6,508 nt of DNA from Paraphysomonas bandaiensis (lineage: Eukaryota > Protista > Chrysophyceae), in assembly GCA_965644295.1 (NCBI GenBank), contig CBFFRP010000649.1, positions 1 through 6,508 on the forward strand. The letters are read 5' to 3'. Under the pieces are notes generated by a model. That model saw only the letters and a list, made by a program, of their open reading frames with translations. It made no database searches and had not been told where the DNA came from. Of the stretch, positions 6,269-6,508 are shown piece by piece (positions within the stretch are counted from its first letter, which is position 1; each line of letters opens with the position of its first letter). The translations under genes were made by a program, and so were the position numbers.

Positions 6269-6484
6269 GGTTAGGGTTAGGGTTAGGGTTAGGGTTAGGG
6301 TTAGGGTTAGGGTTAGGGTTAGGGTTAGGGTTAGGGTTAGGGTTAGGGTTAGGGTTAGGGTTAGGGTTAGGGTTAGGGTTAGGGTTAGGGTTAGGGTTAG
6401 GGTTAGGGTTAGGGTTAGGGTTAGGGTTAGGGTTAGGGTTAGGGTTAGGGTTAGGGTTAGGGTTAGGGTTAGGGTTAGGGTTAG
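6237..6484 (+). repeat. Terminal telomere: GGG + TTAGGG + one TTTAGGG variant + (TTAGGG)38 + TTAG
   Basis: The G-rich strand runs 5'->3' towards the sequence end and is followed directly by sequencing adapter. Confidence 0.97.
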
Positions 6485-6508
6485 AGCAATACGTAACTGA
6501 ACGAAGTA
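6485..6508 (-). other. Oxford Nanopore ligation adapter remnant (technical artefact)
   Basis: AGCAATACGTAACTGAACGAAGTA is the reverse complement of TACTTCGTTCAGTTACGTATTGCT, part of the ONT ligation-kit adapter as I recall it. Confidence 0.95.

Noticed and set aside
6174-6500. 108-aa ORF with poly-(RV)
   Set aside because: It is a translation of the terminal telomere plus adapter.

Overview
This window is a eukaryotic chromosome end from a host with TTAGGG telomeres. From left to right it holds: (i) the 5' part of a Ty1/copia-type Gag ORF on the minus strand that runs off the left edge and is missing from the ORF track; (ii) about 1.4 kb of non-coding DNA with an AT-rich block, short repeats and hairpins; (iii) an uninterrupted 559-aa Crinkler/RHS-type (CR) ORF with a P-loop NTPase and a restriction-endonuclease-fold domain, pointing towards the telomere; (iv) an internal tract of 25 perfect TTAGGG units; (v) an endonuclease-deficient Penelope-like retroelement (PLE, Athena/Coprina-like architecture) antisense to the G-rich strand; (vi) a terminal tract of about 40 TTAGGG units joined directly into the open RT reading frame; (vii) an untrimmed Oxford Nanopore adapter. 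The PLE 3' UTR carries a type I hammerhead ribozyme and tandem repeats, and a telomere-complementary patch overlaps the RT stop codon. The layout fits telomere-primed retrotransposition: the old telomere was extended by PLE cDNA, and the 5'-truncated copy was then re-capped with telomeric repeats. Family assignments come from motif recognition by eye; no searches were run and the host lineage cannot be determined from this window.
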